DNA of 45,803 bases from Candidatus Moraniibacteriota bacterium (GTDB lineage Bacteria; Patescibacteriota; Minisyncoccia; Moranbacterales; UBA1568): positions 1 to 45,803 of the forward strand of contig JBAQCV010000021.1 of assembly GCA_049294475.1 (NCBI GenBank). The letters run 5' to 3'. This document shows, piece after piece, positions 25,184 to 34,616 of the stretch. Every line of letters starts with the position of its first letter. Position 1 is the stretch's first letter. A program made the position numbers and the translations under genes. The notes beneath the pieces were generated by a model. The model did not search any database, was not told where the DNA came from, and saw only the letters and a list, made by a program, of their open reading frames with translations.

Positions 25184-26839
25184 TTACCAGTCACCGCGTT
25201 CCGGATGGTCTTCGGCGAGAGCGGCAGTTTCCGGCTGGCGCAGGACTTTGCAGACGATGAAGCGTCGCACCATCCGGAGCTCGTCTATCCGGAACCAGTG
25301 GCACACCGCGACGAATGAGACTCCGCCGATCGTAAGTCCCAACATGAGCTGCAGAAACACCTCGACGAAGGTATCGAGCTCGTTGGTCGTGAGCGCGAAG
25401 ACCGATTTGGAAGCCTGCGCGATAGCGCCGGCGAGGAGCGCCGCGACAAAGATCTTCGCTATCGGCAACAGGAACGTCCGATCATCCCACGCGGCTATTT
25501 TCGTGCGCAACGCGAAATAGAGGAGCACGAAGTTCAGGATACTGCTCACCGAAAAAGCGATGGCCAGACCCTCCACGGCATACTGCGGCAGGAGAATCGG
25601 TATCAGCACGATATGCAGCGCCTCGCTCACGAGCGCGATATAGAGCGGCGTCTTCGTATTCTGCAGCGCGAAAAACGCCCGCGCGAACAGAGGGATCAGA
25701 CTCTGGGCGAACAGGCTGATCGCGAGGAACTTCAATACCTCGAAAGTGAGAATCGTGTCTTCCCAGTCGAACTGTCCCGCGCCGAGAATCACGCGCACGA
25801 ACTGCGCGCGGAATATGATCATGAAAATGCTCAGGGGCAGGACGAAAAACAGGATGCGCCGCGCCGTCTGCGACAATACCGCGAAAAATGCCGCCTCTTT
25901 TTTCTCGGCTATGAACAGGGAAAGCGATGGGAAGACGGCGAGCGAAAACGCGATGCCGAACAGTCCGAGCGGCACGCTCTGCAGGTTATTGGCCAGCGTG
26001 AAGACCGCCAGACTGCCGGAAGCGAGCGTCGAGGCGAAGATCGTCATCACCAGGAGACTCACCTGATTCACCCCGATGCCGAGCGAACGCGGAATCATCA
26101 GTTTCACGACGCGTCGCACGGCCGCGTCCTTCCAGGCATGGAGAAAGTACGGCTGATACCGGAATCCGGAACGACGGAACGACGGGTACTGCACCAGCAT
26201 ATGGAACAGCGACCCGAGCACGACTCCCCACGCCAAACCGACCGGCCCCATGAACGGGACGAGAAACAGCGCTCCGCAGATGATGCCGATATTGTAGAAA
26301 ATCGGCGCCAGCGAATAGGCGGCGAACTGCTTGAAAGAAACGAGCACGCCTCCGAACACCGCGGAGAGGGCGAGGAAGATCGGGGAGAGCAGCATCACGC
26401 GCGTCAGCATGATGATGAGCTCCTGTTTCTCCGCAGCGAACCCCGGCGCGAGGAGCCCCGTCAGCCACGGAGCGAACAATATCCCGAACAGCGAGATCGC
26501 GCCGAGCGAAAAAAGCATGATGTGCACTATGCCGGAAGTCAGTTTCCACGCCTCATCTTCTTTCTTCTCTGCGAGCAGTCCCGTAAATACCGGGATAAAC
26601 GCCGCGGAAAGCGCCCCCAGAACCAGGAGGCTGTACATCAGATCCGGGATGCGGAATGCCGCGTAATAGGAGTCCAGGACATCGCCGGCACCGAACTGGG
26701 AAGCCAAAATGCGATCACGCAGAAAGCCGAGCACGCGGCTCGCTATGCCGGCTACCGCGATAAGGAGCGCAGCGCCTCCGATCGTCTTGCTCGGGGCGCT
26801 GCTCCAAAACGCTATGTTGTCGATCAATCGTCTGACCAT
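25184..26839 (-). CDS. murJ: lipid II flippase MurJ
   Basis: Polytopic membrane protein with the N-terminal MurJ signature RILASQFGAGDVLDSYYAAFRIP. ATG 26839 lies 1 nt after the upstream stop, and the track start 26875 would overlap that gene. Confidence 0.85.
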   Translation of the reverse strand: MVRRLIDNIAFWSSAPSKTIGGAALLIAVAGIASRVLGFLRDRILASQFGAGDVLDSYYAAFRIPDLMYSLLVLGALSAAFIPVFTGLLAEKKEDEAWKLTSGIVHIMLFSLGAISLFGILFAPWLTGLLAPGFAAEKQELIIMLTRVMLLSPIFLALSAVFGGVLVSFKQFAAYSLAPIFYNIGIICGALFLVPFMGPVGLAWGVVLGSLFHMLVQYPSFRRSGFRYQPYFLHAWKDAAVRRVVKLMIPRSLGIGVNQVSLLVMTIFASTLASGSLAVFTLANNLQSVPLGLFGIAFSLAVFPSLSLFIAEKKEAAFFAVLSQTARRILFFVLPLSIFMIIFRAQFVRVILGAGQFDWEDTILTFEVLKFLAISLFAQSLIPLFARAFFALQNTKTPLYIALVSEALHIVLIPILLPQYAVEGLAIAFSVSSILNFVLLYFALRTKIAAWDDRTFLLPIAKIFVAALLAGAIAQASKSVFALTTNELDTFVEVFLQLMLGLTIGGVSFVAVCHWFRIDELRMVRRFIVCKVLRQPETAALAEDHPERGDW

Positions 26840-26840
26840 A

Positions 26841-29075
26841 CTATTGTTTGGCAGCACCGAAAACCATCCCGGCAAATGCGTCGGTTGTCAGCTGCGTTTC
26901 AAGTTTCCATTCACGTCCGTACGGTATCAGATTCCCGGCTGTCTGCCAAATCGGCTCGATGGTATCCGGCACGATCACCGAGGCAAACAGCCTGCTCCCG
27001 GCCGATCCGGACTGCTTCTGGTAGAGCGCGGCATACGAGTCGGCGCCTCCGCCCCGTATCTTCTCCATATCGATTTTGAACGGCAGGCGATAACGATACT
27101 CGACCGTCACCGATTCCTGCGGACTGACATAGGCCCATGCGCCGAAGACGGTCTTGCCGGCATCCCGGTAGACGCGCGTCCCGCTCTTCTCATCGATCAG
27201 CGTGGCATTCTCTTCGCGTTCCACATCGGCATCGCGGCGGAAACCGAGCGCCGCATAATCGAGCGGGGCCTCCGGAAATTCCCACGTCGCTCCCTTGGCC
27301 GACAGCAGTTCCGAACCTTCCGGAACGTACACGCGCAGATAGTCCGCGTTCACCTTGTTCCACCATTCGTACGGCGTACGGCCGCCGCGATGCGTGCGCG
27401 TGATCGAGACCGTATCGATGATGGAACCGTCCGCATCGATCTGTGCCGTATGCCTGATCGTCTCGTCGATCACGCCGTCCGTCTTGTACCCGTTGATATT
27501 GGTGTGGATCACGGAAAGATAATCCTTCGATGACGCGAGCACCCGCCCGGACCAGCCGGCCTCGTCGATGAGCGCCTGCGTTTCCTCGTGGCGCATGTAG
27601 AGGAGCATCTGCTTCTCGTTCAATCCCTCGATGAGCGCCTGCGCGATCGCGTAGAGCGCCGTCTTGTCCTGCAGCGCGAACACCCTTTCCAAGAGCAGCG
27701 CCGTGAGATCGGCCAGCACTTTCTTGGGCTGATTCTCCTCTTTGTCATACTTCACTTCCACCTGCTCCTGGATGACCGGTATGAAATTTTCCGCGTCCAC
27801 CGTGAGCCCGTACTGGGCAAGCGTGATCGGTCCGGTCACGGCAAGCAGTTTCTGCATCACGGTCGGCGTAAGCGTGATGACCCCGTCCACCGTCGGTCCG
27901 CCCGTCTTCTCATAGAAAAATATCGCTTTTTCCGCCGACACGGGAAAATCCGGGAACCAGTTGCTGTCGTGGAGGCTCCATGCCGCGCTCACTTTCTGCA
28001 GCGCTTTAGGCGGAATGATCTGCGCTTTCAATTGGCCGTCGGGGTTGAAGATGCCGTCGACGAAAAATCGCCGCACCACCCCGTCATTCACATCCATGAT
28101 CGCATAGCTCCCGATGAATCCGCCGGTCGCGCGCAGCTCGTGATTGTTCTGGAACAGGAAGAGATACTTGCGCGGCCCGTTGCCGCCGAGGATGTCTGCC
28201 AGCAGGGCTTCGTGCCTGTCGAGGCTCCTGATAAGCCCGATAAACGCCGGGAGGCTCTGTCTCACCGAGAGGAACCGATCCTGTCTGTCTGCCGGGATGT
28301 CATCGATATTCACCCGCTCCAGCGCGCGCTTTCCCGCCTCGAGTTCGGCGATCGTTTCCTGGAGCGGCGCCTCGGCCCGCTTGAAGAGATCAAGCATGGA
28401 AATCTTTTCCCCCTGCGCGTACGCTTCCTTGGACCATGCGAGATCTTGCGCGACTTGCGCGATCGGAATCCCGGCTGCCGCAAAATGCTTTCCCGCCTCG
28501 AGGGCGTATTTTCCCGATGCTGGCGCAGAAAGTCCCGGCACGAAACGCAGGATATCGGACACCGGACCGCCCCATAGGGAAAGACTCTCCGTCCCGTGCG
28601 AAAATGCCCGGTACGCTTCATGGAAATGACCGAGTGATTCGTCGAAACGCTCGGTCCGCATACTCTCCGCGGCGAGAGCAAGGTGCTGATACCCGCTCTC
28701 GCCGTCGCGGAGCGCCACTCCTTTCATATCCATCGCCGCGCGGACCGCGAACACCGTTCCGAAAAGAATCAGCGCGATCGAAAAGAAAATCGTAAAAACA
28801 GCGCGTGGTGCCTGTCGCAAGAACCGCGCTACGTGTTCGAGCGGATGCGCATCCGGAGGAATATCCGCCGCAGCCTCTTTCGGAAAATATGCTTGCGGCT
28901 GGTCGGGAATATACCATTCGTCTATATTTCCGAGTTCCTCTGCCGGCCAGGCGGAAACCTGCGGCCGGGGCGGCGAACCAGTCTCGCCGCCCGCTTCGCC
29001 GAATCGAGGCGAGAGCCTGGGCGGGCGGATATCGGAAATATGAGGATACTGATTGTTCTGACGAAGTGGAGGCAT
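26841..29075 (-). CDS. DUF4012-like large membrane-anchored exoprotein
   Basis: 744-aa ORF with an N-terminal Pro-rich tail plus a TM (VFTIFFSIALILFGTVFAV). The conserved-looking segment is LFLFQNNHELRATGGFIGSYA. The family name is from memory. Confidence 0.6.
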   Translation of the reverse strand: MPPLRQNNQYPHISDIRPPRLSPRFGEAGGETGSPPRPQVSAWPAEELGNIDEWYIPDQPQAYFPKEAAADIPPDAHPLEHVARFLRQAPRAVFTIFFSIALILFGTVFAVRAAMDMKGVALRDGESGYQHLALAAESMRTERFDESLGHFHEAYRAFSHGTESLSLWGGPVSDILRFVPGLSAPASGKYALEAGKHFAAAGIPIAQVAQDLAWSKEAYAQGEKISMLDLFKRAEAPLQETIAELEAGKRALERVNIDDIPADRQDRFLSVRQSLPAFIGLIRSLDRHEALLADILGGNGPRKYLFLFQNNHELRATGGFIGSYAIMDVNDGVVRRFFVDGIFNPDGQLKAQIIPPKALQKVSAAWSLHDSNWFPDFPVSAEKAIFFYEKTGGPTVDGVITLTPTVMQKLLAVTGPITLAQYGLTVDAENFIPVIQEQVEVKYDKEENQPKKVLADLTALLLERVFALQDKTALYAIAQALIEGLNEKQMLLYMRHEETQALIDEAGWSGRVLASSKDYLSVIHTNINGYKTDGVIDETIRHTAQIDADGSIIDTVSITRTHRGGRTPYEWWNKVNADYLRVYVPEGSELLSAKGATWEFPEAPLDYAALGFRRDADVEREENATLIDEKSGTRVYRDAGKTVFGAWAYVSPQESVTVEYRYRLPFKIDMEKIRGGGADSYAALYQKQSGSAGSRLFASVIVPDTIEPIWQTAGNLIPYGREWKLETQLTTDAFAGMVFGAAKQ

Positions 29076-29087
29076 GCTTGCTCTTTG

Positions 29088-30260
29088 TTATTCTTTGTTT
29101 TTGACACTTGCGCCGTAGAGCGCGAGCGTTTCAGCCGCCATACGTTCCCAGCTATAGCGGGCCGCCTGACGATACCCGCGAAGCGAGAGTTCGGCACGAA
29201 TTGTTTCCGACTCGAGTACCGCTGCCAGCTCCCGTGCGAACGACCCCTCCGTATGAGGATCGAAGTATCTCGCAGCCTCGCCGAGGATTTCCGCAAGCGC
29301 CCCGGCGCGGGAAGCGAGTACCGGCAGTCCGCGCGCCATCGCCTCGAGCGGCGGCAGTCCGAATCCCTCATAGAATGAAGGGAATACGTAGCAGAGAGCG
29401 AAACGATACAGCGTGTTCAGCTCCCGATCATCGATGAAACCGGCAAAAATGACATTCTGCGACCCCTGTCGCTCCGCTATTCTCTTGAGACGCGCATAGA
29501 AATAATCCTCCTTGCCGACCAGCACGAACCGATACGCAGGAAACGAAGCGGCCATCCGCACCAGCGCCTCGAGATTCTTATGGGGATACGCGTTCCCCAC
29601 ATACAGGAGGTATGGATGCAGTATATCACGCGTGATTTTTTCATGGGTCTCCGGCGCTCCTTTTTTCAGCAACCCGAGCCGGGAGAGCGATGCCCGCTCC
29701 TGTTCCGGAGAGAGCAGCTGGCACGACAGATCGGTCGCCTCGTACGTCACAGATATTTTCTTGCGCGCCGACGGATAGCGGCCGAGGATATCCTGCTCGG
29801 TGAAATGGGACACCGTGACGATATGCTCCGCCCGCCACACGGCGGAGGCGATGATCAGGCGATACGCCGCGAATTTGATCCGGTAGAACAGCGCCGCGCG
29901 CGTCGAGTTCTCGAGCGTAGGATACCGGAGCAGGATCAGGTCATGGATAGTCACTATGAATTTCTTCGGGTACAGGAACGGGACATTGAAATGCGGGAAG
30001 TGCACGAGATCCAGGCGGAAACGGAGCAAGAGGATCGGAAACAGGAGCTGCTCGGAAAAACCGTACCACGGATACACGGCGAGCGCTTTGCTGAAACGCG
30101 CATTTTTCGGCGCATACTCGTCGAAATTTTCCCGCCGCAAAAAAACGACGTAGTCGTTGTCCGTATCGAGCGTCTCCAGATGTTCGATGAGCTTTTCCGT
30201 ATAGCGGCCGAGTCCCTTGCCGACCGAGCCGTAAAAACGGGCGTCAATCCCTATGCGCAT
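29088..30260 (-). CDS. GT4-family glycosyltransferase
   Basis: 390-aa ORF with the signature YVFPSFYEGFGLPPLEAMARGLPVL. Confidence 0.85.
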   Translation of the reverse strand: MRIGIDARFYGSVGKGLGRYTEKLIEHLETLDTDNDYVVFLRRENFDEYAPKNARFSKALAVYPWYGFSEQLLFPILLLRFRLDLVHFPHFNVPFLYPKKFIVTIHDLILLRYPTLENSTRAALFYRIKFAAYRLIIASAVWRAEHIVTVSHFTEQDILGRYPSARKKISVTYEATDLSCQLLSPEQERASLSRLGLLKKGAPETHEKITRDILHPYLLYVGNAYPHKNLEALVRMAASFPAYRFVLVGKEDYFYARLKRIAERQGSQNVIFAGFIDDRELNTLYRFALCYVFPSFYEGFGLPPLEAMARGLPVLASRAGALAEILGEAARYFDPHTEGSFARELAAVLESETIRAELSLRGYRQAARYSWERMAAETLALYGASVKNKE

Positions 30261-30274
30261 ACCCGGTATATGTT

Positions 30275-30985
30275 TTATTTCTTTTCGGAGACGGAAGATC
30301 TTTGTTCTCTTCCTGCGTGCAGATCCGCACAGTAGAGCAGCAGCGCCTGCGACGCGAGAATCATGAACATATCCCTGTCTTCCACGTGATTGGTCGCCTT
30401 CGGAAAAATGATGAAAGCCACCATATGCTCCGCCTGATACGGCGAACGGGCGACGACACAGCCGTGCTCTTCCCAGAATGTCTTCTGCGATGCCAGAAGC
30501 ATCTCCCCGTCGAACACTGCGAATGTCTCACGAGAACCGACCCCCGCCATGTTCACGATTTCCTTCGTCGCCGTATTGACGAAACAAAGCGATACCGATT
30601 CCGTCTTGGAGAGGAGGCGCACGGCCTGAATGATCGATTTGTATACATCTCCCTGCTTCTTCGCCACAGTATCCGCCGTATTTTGCGGAAGATGGAAGAT
30701 GAGTTCCTTCACGATATCGAATTTCCGGTTCATTTCTCCGATATACGAGTAGGAATCGGACAGATCCTTCGTGATGATGTTGGTTTTTTTCTGCAGATGG
30801 AGCTTTTCCTTGAAAACGCGCAGGAGCGCTTTCTCCTTGGCGAGATAGAGCAGAAAACCAAGGAGGCCGAAACAGAATATGATCAGCGCCTCAACGTCTT
30901 CTTCGCGCAACAGGAAAAATCCATCCCGAATCACCTGCGGCGTGAGAATGATGAGCACGAATATGGCGAGATATATCCAATACAT
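30275..30985 (-). CDS. hypothetical membrane protein (2 N-terminal TM segments + cytoplasmic domain)
   Basis: 236-aa ORF starting MYWIYLAIFVLIIL / IIFCFGLLGFLLYL. The soluble C-terminal domain is unrecognised. Confidence 0.5.
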   Translation of the reverse strand: MYWIYLAIFVLIILTPQVIRDGFFLLREEDVEALIIFCFGLLGFLLYLAKEKALLRVFKEKLHLQKKTNIITKDLSDSYSYIGEMNRKFDIVKELIFHLPQNTADTVAKKQGDVYKSIIQAVRLLSKTESVSLCFVNTATKEIVNMAGVGSRETFAVFDGEMLLASQKTFWEEHGCVVARSPYQAEHMVAFIIFPKATNHVEDRDMFMILASQALLLYCADLHAGREQRSSVSEKK

Positions 30986-31033
30986 GGCGCGTTGCTGATA
31001 TCGCTTGAGAAAGAACCCGGCCGGACAGATATG

Positions 31034-31921
31034 CTAGAGCGACAGACCTTTCAGATAGCTTCGCAATTTTTCCCCTATTTCAGGATGTTTCAGTCCGAGA
31101 GAGATCGTCGTGCGCAGAAAATTGAACTTGTCCCCGGTATCGAGCCACTCGCCCTCGAGCATACGCCCGTAGATGGGTTTGCCCTGCGTGAGCATCAGTG
31201 CGAATGCGTCCGCCAGGCGGATCTCGCCGGACTTGCCGTGGTTCATCGTCGCAAGCGTATCGAACACGTCGCGCGTGATGATGTATTTTCCCACTGCCAC
31301 CGCCCGGCTTGGCGCTACCTCCGGATTCGGCTTCTCCACGATATTCGACACTTTCCAATCCTTATCACCGAGCTGCTCCCCGTCAATCACGCCGAATTTC
31401 GACACGTCTTCCAGCGCCACTTCCGAAAGCCCGATGATCGGCGCCTGATATTGCTCATACGCGTCCATCAGCTGCTTCGATGCCGGAACGGCGCTGTCAT
31501 AGATGCAGTCGCCGAAAATCACGAGTACCGATTCATCGTCATCGACGAGGTGCGCGGCCTGCAGAAGCGCGTGCCCGTCGCCAAGCGGCACCGGCTGGCG
31601 CACATAGGAAAATCTCGCCAATCCGGAAATCTTCCGTACCGTCTCGAGCAGGTCATGCCTGTTTTTTTCCACCAGCGTGTCTTCGAGCTCGTAGGAGACG
31701 TCGAAATGATCCTCGATCGCCCGCTTGCCGCGGCCCGTGACGAAGATGATCTCCTCGATGCCGGACGCCACCGCCTCCTCGACGAGGTACTGCACCACCG
31801 GCTTGTCGACGACGGGGAGCATCTCCTTGGGCTGCGCCTTGGTCGCCGGCAAAAACCGCGTCCCGAACCCCGCTACCGGCAGGATGGCTTTTTTTATCTT
31901 TCTCGGCTGATCGGTATGCAT
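31034..31921 (-). CDS. galU: UTP--glucose-1-phosphate uridylyltransferase
   Basis: 295-aa ORF with LPVAGFGTRFLPATKAQPKEMLPVVDKP and VEKP motifs. Confidence 0.9.
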   Translation of the reverse strand: MHTDQPRKIKKAILPVAGFGTRFLPATKAQPKEMLPVVDKPVVQYLVEEAVASGIEEIIFVTGRGKRAIEDHFDVSYELEDTLVEKNRHDLLETVRKISGLARFSYVRQPVPLGDGHALLQAAHLVDDDESVLVIFGDCIYDSAVPASKQLMDAYEQYQAPIIGLSEVALEDVSKFGVIDGEQLGDKDWKVSNIVEKPNPEVAPSRAVAVGKYIITRDVFDTLATMNHGKSGEIRLADAFALMLTQGKPIYGRMLEGEWLDTGDKFNFLRTTISLGLKHPEIGEKLRSYLKGLSL

Positions 31922-31941
31922 AGATCCGCGATGGTGAAGAA

Positions 31942-32736
31942 TTACTTGTTCAGGGAGACTATCTTCTTGAATTCCGCGTTGAAGGCCGCGACGGCCTCAT
32001 TGACGATCGGATCGAATGTCTCCGTCAGCTTCTTTTCTTTGACGAAGTTGCTCACTTCGAGGAGGGAGTCAAATGTCCCTGCGTCGAACCATCCCCCCTC
32101 GATGATGCGCACGTCCAGGGCGCCCTGCGCCAGATAGGCGTTGTGGATCGAGGTGATCTCGAGCTCCCCGCGCTCCGACGGCGCTACCTCACGCGCGATC
32201 CGGGATACCTGATTGTCGAAAATATATATTCCCGGGCTGGCGAACCGGCTTTTCGGCTGTGCCGGCTTTTCCTCGATGGACACGACTGTATGATTCACAT
32301 CGAACTCCACCACGCCGAACCGTTCCGGATCCGTCACTTCCTTGGCGAATATTCTGCCGCCTTTTTCAAACGTCTTGATCGCGTCGGTGAAATCATCTTC
32401 GAAGATGTTGTCGCCGAGTACCATCGTCACCGAATCGTTATCGAGGAAATCCTCGCCCAGGACGAACGCTTCCGCCAGTCCGCGCGGGGATTTCTGCACC
32501 ACGAACGAGATGTTCACGCCGAGCTTCGAGAACATCGAACCGAGCAGGTTCAGAAAATGTCCCGAATGATCCGGCGCCACGATGACCAGGATGTCGCGGA
32601 TCCCGCCCTTGATGAGCGTATTGAGCGGATAGAAAATCATCTGCCGGTCATAGACCGGGAGCAGCTGCTTCGATGTCGTCGCTGTGAGCGGCAGGAGCCG
32701 CGTACCGGTCCCCCCGGCGAGAATAATACCCTTCAT
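31942..32736 (-). CDS. rfbA: glucose-1-phosphate thymidylyltransferase (short form)
   Basis: 264-aa ORF with MKGIILAGGTGTRLLPLTATTSKQLLPVYD, PRGLAEAF and LGDNIF. Confidence 0.8.
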   Translation of the reverse strand: MKGIILAGGTGTRLLPLTATTSKQLLPVYDRQMIFYPLNTLIKGGIRDILVIVAPDHSGHFLNLLGSMFSKLGVNISFVVQKSPRGLAEAFVLGEDFLDNDSVTMVLGDNIFEDDFTDAIKTFEKGGRIFAKEVTDPERFGVVEFDVNHTVVSIEEKPAQPKSRFASPGIYIFDNQVSRIAREVAPSERGELEITSIHNAYLAQGALDVRIIEGGWFDAGTFDSLLEVSNFVKEKKLTETFDPIVNEAVAAFNAEFKKIVSLNK

Positions 32737-32739
32737 AGT

Positions 32740-33981
32740 TTATCCGTACAATGGAAATTTCCTGCACATCTTCTTCACTTCTTCGCGCAGCCGTTTCAGC
32801 GTCTTCTGGTCAGCCTGGTTGCGCATCGCCTCATCCATGATGCGCGCGAGTTCTTTCACTTCTTTTTCCTTCATCCCGCGCGTCGTGATGGCCGGTACCC
32901 CGATGCGGATGCCGCTCGGATCGAACGGCGAGCGCGGATCGTCCGGGATCATATTCTTGTTCACCGTGATACCGACCTCGTCGAGCGTACGCTCCGCGAC
33001 TTTCCCGGAAATGCCGAGCGAGGTGAAGACGTCTACCATGATCATATGATTCTCCGTGCCGCCGAAGAGGATCCTGTATCCGCGCTTCGTCATCTCGCGC
33101 TCGAGCGTCTTGGCATTCTTCAAAACCTGCTTGGCATATTTCCTGAATTCCGGTCGGAGCGCTTCGCCGAAAGCGACAGCTTTGGCTGCGATGATATTCA
33201 TATGCGGTCCGCCCTGCAGTCCCGGAAACACGGACTTGTCTATTGCCTGCGCGAGCGCCTGCTTGCAGAGGATCATCCCGCCGCGCGGGCCGCGGAGCGT
33301 CTTGTGCGTGGTCGTCGTCACGATGTCGAAATACGGAACCGGATTGGGTACTGCTTTGCCTGCCACGAGTCCGGCGATGTGCGCCATATCCATCATCGAA
33401 TACGCCCGGACTTTTTTCGCGATGGCGGAAATTTTCGCATAATCCAGTTGCCGCGTGTAGGAGGAAAATCCCGCGAGGATCAGCTGCGGTTTCTCTTTTT
33501 TCGCGAGCGTTTCTAATTTTTTATAATCGATCGTCCCGTCCGGTTCCGTCTTGTACCCCACGAAGCGGTATATCTTCGCCGGAAACGTCATCGGATGGCC
33601 GTGCGTCAGATGTCCGCCGTGCGACAGATCCATTCCCAGTACCGTGTCTCCCGGCGCGAGTATCGCCGCGTAGGCCGCCAGATTGGCCGGCGCGCCTGAG
33701 AGCGGCTGCACGTTCACATGCTGTGCGCCGAAGAGTTTCTTCGCCCGCTCTATCGCGAGCGTCTCCACGACATCCGTCCATTCCTGCCCGCCATAGTAGC
33801 GGTGCCCCGGATAGCCTTCGGAATACTTGTTCGTGAACACCGTCCCGAGCGTCTCAAGTACGGCTTGCGAAACATAGTTCTCCGACGCGATCATCTCGAG
33901 CCCCTCTTCCTGCCGCTTCTCCTCGCCCGTCACTGCCGCACATACATGCTTATCCGACTTTTTCAGCAGATCGTGTTTCAT
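32740..33981 (-). CDS. glyA: serine hydroxymethyltransferase
   Basis: 413-aa ORF with LIASENYVS-type motifs and the PLP-Lys motif TTTHKTLRGPRGG. Confidence 0.95.
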   Translation of the reverse strand: MKHDLLKKSDKHVCAAVTGEEKRQEEGLEMIASENYVSQAVLETLGTVFTNKYSEGYPGHRYYGGQEWTDVVETLAIERAKKLFGAQHVNVQPLSGAPANLAAYAAILAPGDTVLGMDLSHGGHLTHGHPMTFPAKIYRFVGYKTEPDGTIDYKKLETLAKKEKPQLILAGFSSYTRQLDYAKISAIAKKVRAYSMMDMAHIAGLVAGKAVPNPVPYFDIVTTTTHKTLRGPRGGMILCKQALAQAIDKSVFPGLQGGPHMNIIAAKAVAFGEALRPEFRKYAKQVLKNAKTLEREMTKRGYRILFGGTENHMIMVDVFTSLGISGKVAERTLDEVGITVNKNMIPDDPRSPFDPSGIRIGVPAITTRGMKEKEVKELARIMDEAMRNQADQKTLKRLREEVKKMCRKFPLYG

Positions 33982-34045
33982 AATATAGAGTCAAAGCAAC
34001 CTTAAAACATCTTCATCGTACCAAATATACTCTCTTTCCGCACTA

Positions 34046-34074
34046 TTGACAATGGTACAAAAAAGGTGTATACT
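34046..34074 (+). promoter_or_regulatory. sigma70-like promoter
   Basis: TTGACA (34046-34051) is followed by a 17-nt spacer and TATACT (34069-34074). It is divergent from glyA. Confidence 0.55.
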
Positions 34075-34134
34075 ATACTGTTCGTTAAAAATTTGTTTCT
34101 ACCTACCATCCATCATACTGATGAGGAAACCCCA

Positions 34135-34527
34135 ATGAAAAAGAAGTCCGCTAACATGTTTGTTTTGTTCATTTTACTGTTGCCGACATTCTGGCTACTG
34201 GTAATGTATACCAACAACAAACCACCGGCGCCCTATCATGAGAAAAACCTGGAAACGCTCAAGGAGGCGCAGCGTGACGATCTCGTCACCTGCACCGTCC
34301 CTAAACCAGGACAACTCGAAAAGTCCATAAAGCGAGCCGTACTCGTACACAATAACACAGGGAAAGGGTTGTATGGATATGAGCTTAACCAATTTTCACT
34401 TGGTGCGCACAATCATCATATAATCCCATATTCCATTTTCGAAGACTGCGAGGTTAAGCTCCATAAAGACAAGGCCGTCATCCGCCGACTGGTTGGCACC
34501 ATCATCATAGACGGTCTCGCGCGATAA
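34135..34527 (+). CDS. small membrane-anchored hypothetical protein
   Basis: 130 aa from ATG 34135 (GAGGAA upstream), starting MKKKSANMFVLFILLLPTFWLLVMY. It is AT-rich and is one of only two plus-strand genes. Confidence 0.55.
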   Translation: MKKKSANMFVLFILLLPTFWLLVMYTNNKPPAPYHEKNLETLKEAQRDDLVTCTVPKPGQLEKSIKRAVLVHNNTGKGLYGYELNQFSLGAHNHHIIPYSIFEDCEVKLHKDKAVIRRLVGTIIIDGLAR

Positions 34528-34545
34528 GCGTATCAGACCGTCAAC

Positions 34546-34600
34546 GCCGCTCTCGGATTGTTCACAAGAATCATTGTGGATGATCCGGGGCGGTCTTTTT
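34546..34600 (+). terminator. structured terminator with T7 tail
   Basis: AGACCG (34546-34551) pairs with CGGTCT just before TTTTTTT. Additional internal pairings include TCACAA/TTGTGG. Confidence 0.5.
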
Positions 34601-34616
34601 TTGCCTCAATTTTCTT

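Noticed and set aside
30302-32137. Very long plus-strand ORFs in the track: 30302-32137 (611 aa), 39148-40947 (599 aa), 40485-42041 (518 aa), 25613-27079 (488 aa), 32143-33516 (457 aa), 41818-42861, 27588-28577, 3690-4682 and others.
   Set aside because: Each lies antisense to a minus-strand gene with strong family motifs (galU/rfbA, murF/ftsI, murJ, glyA and others). Their translations are Arg/His/Pro-rich low-information sequence with no motifs or ribosome-binding sites. These are typical shadow ORFs in GC-rich DNA.
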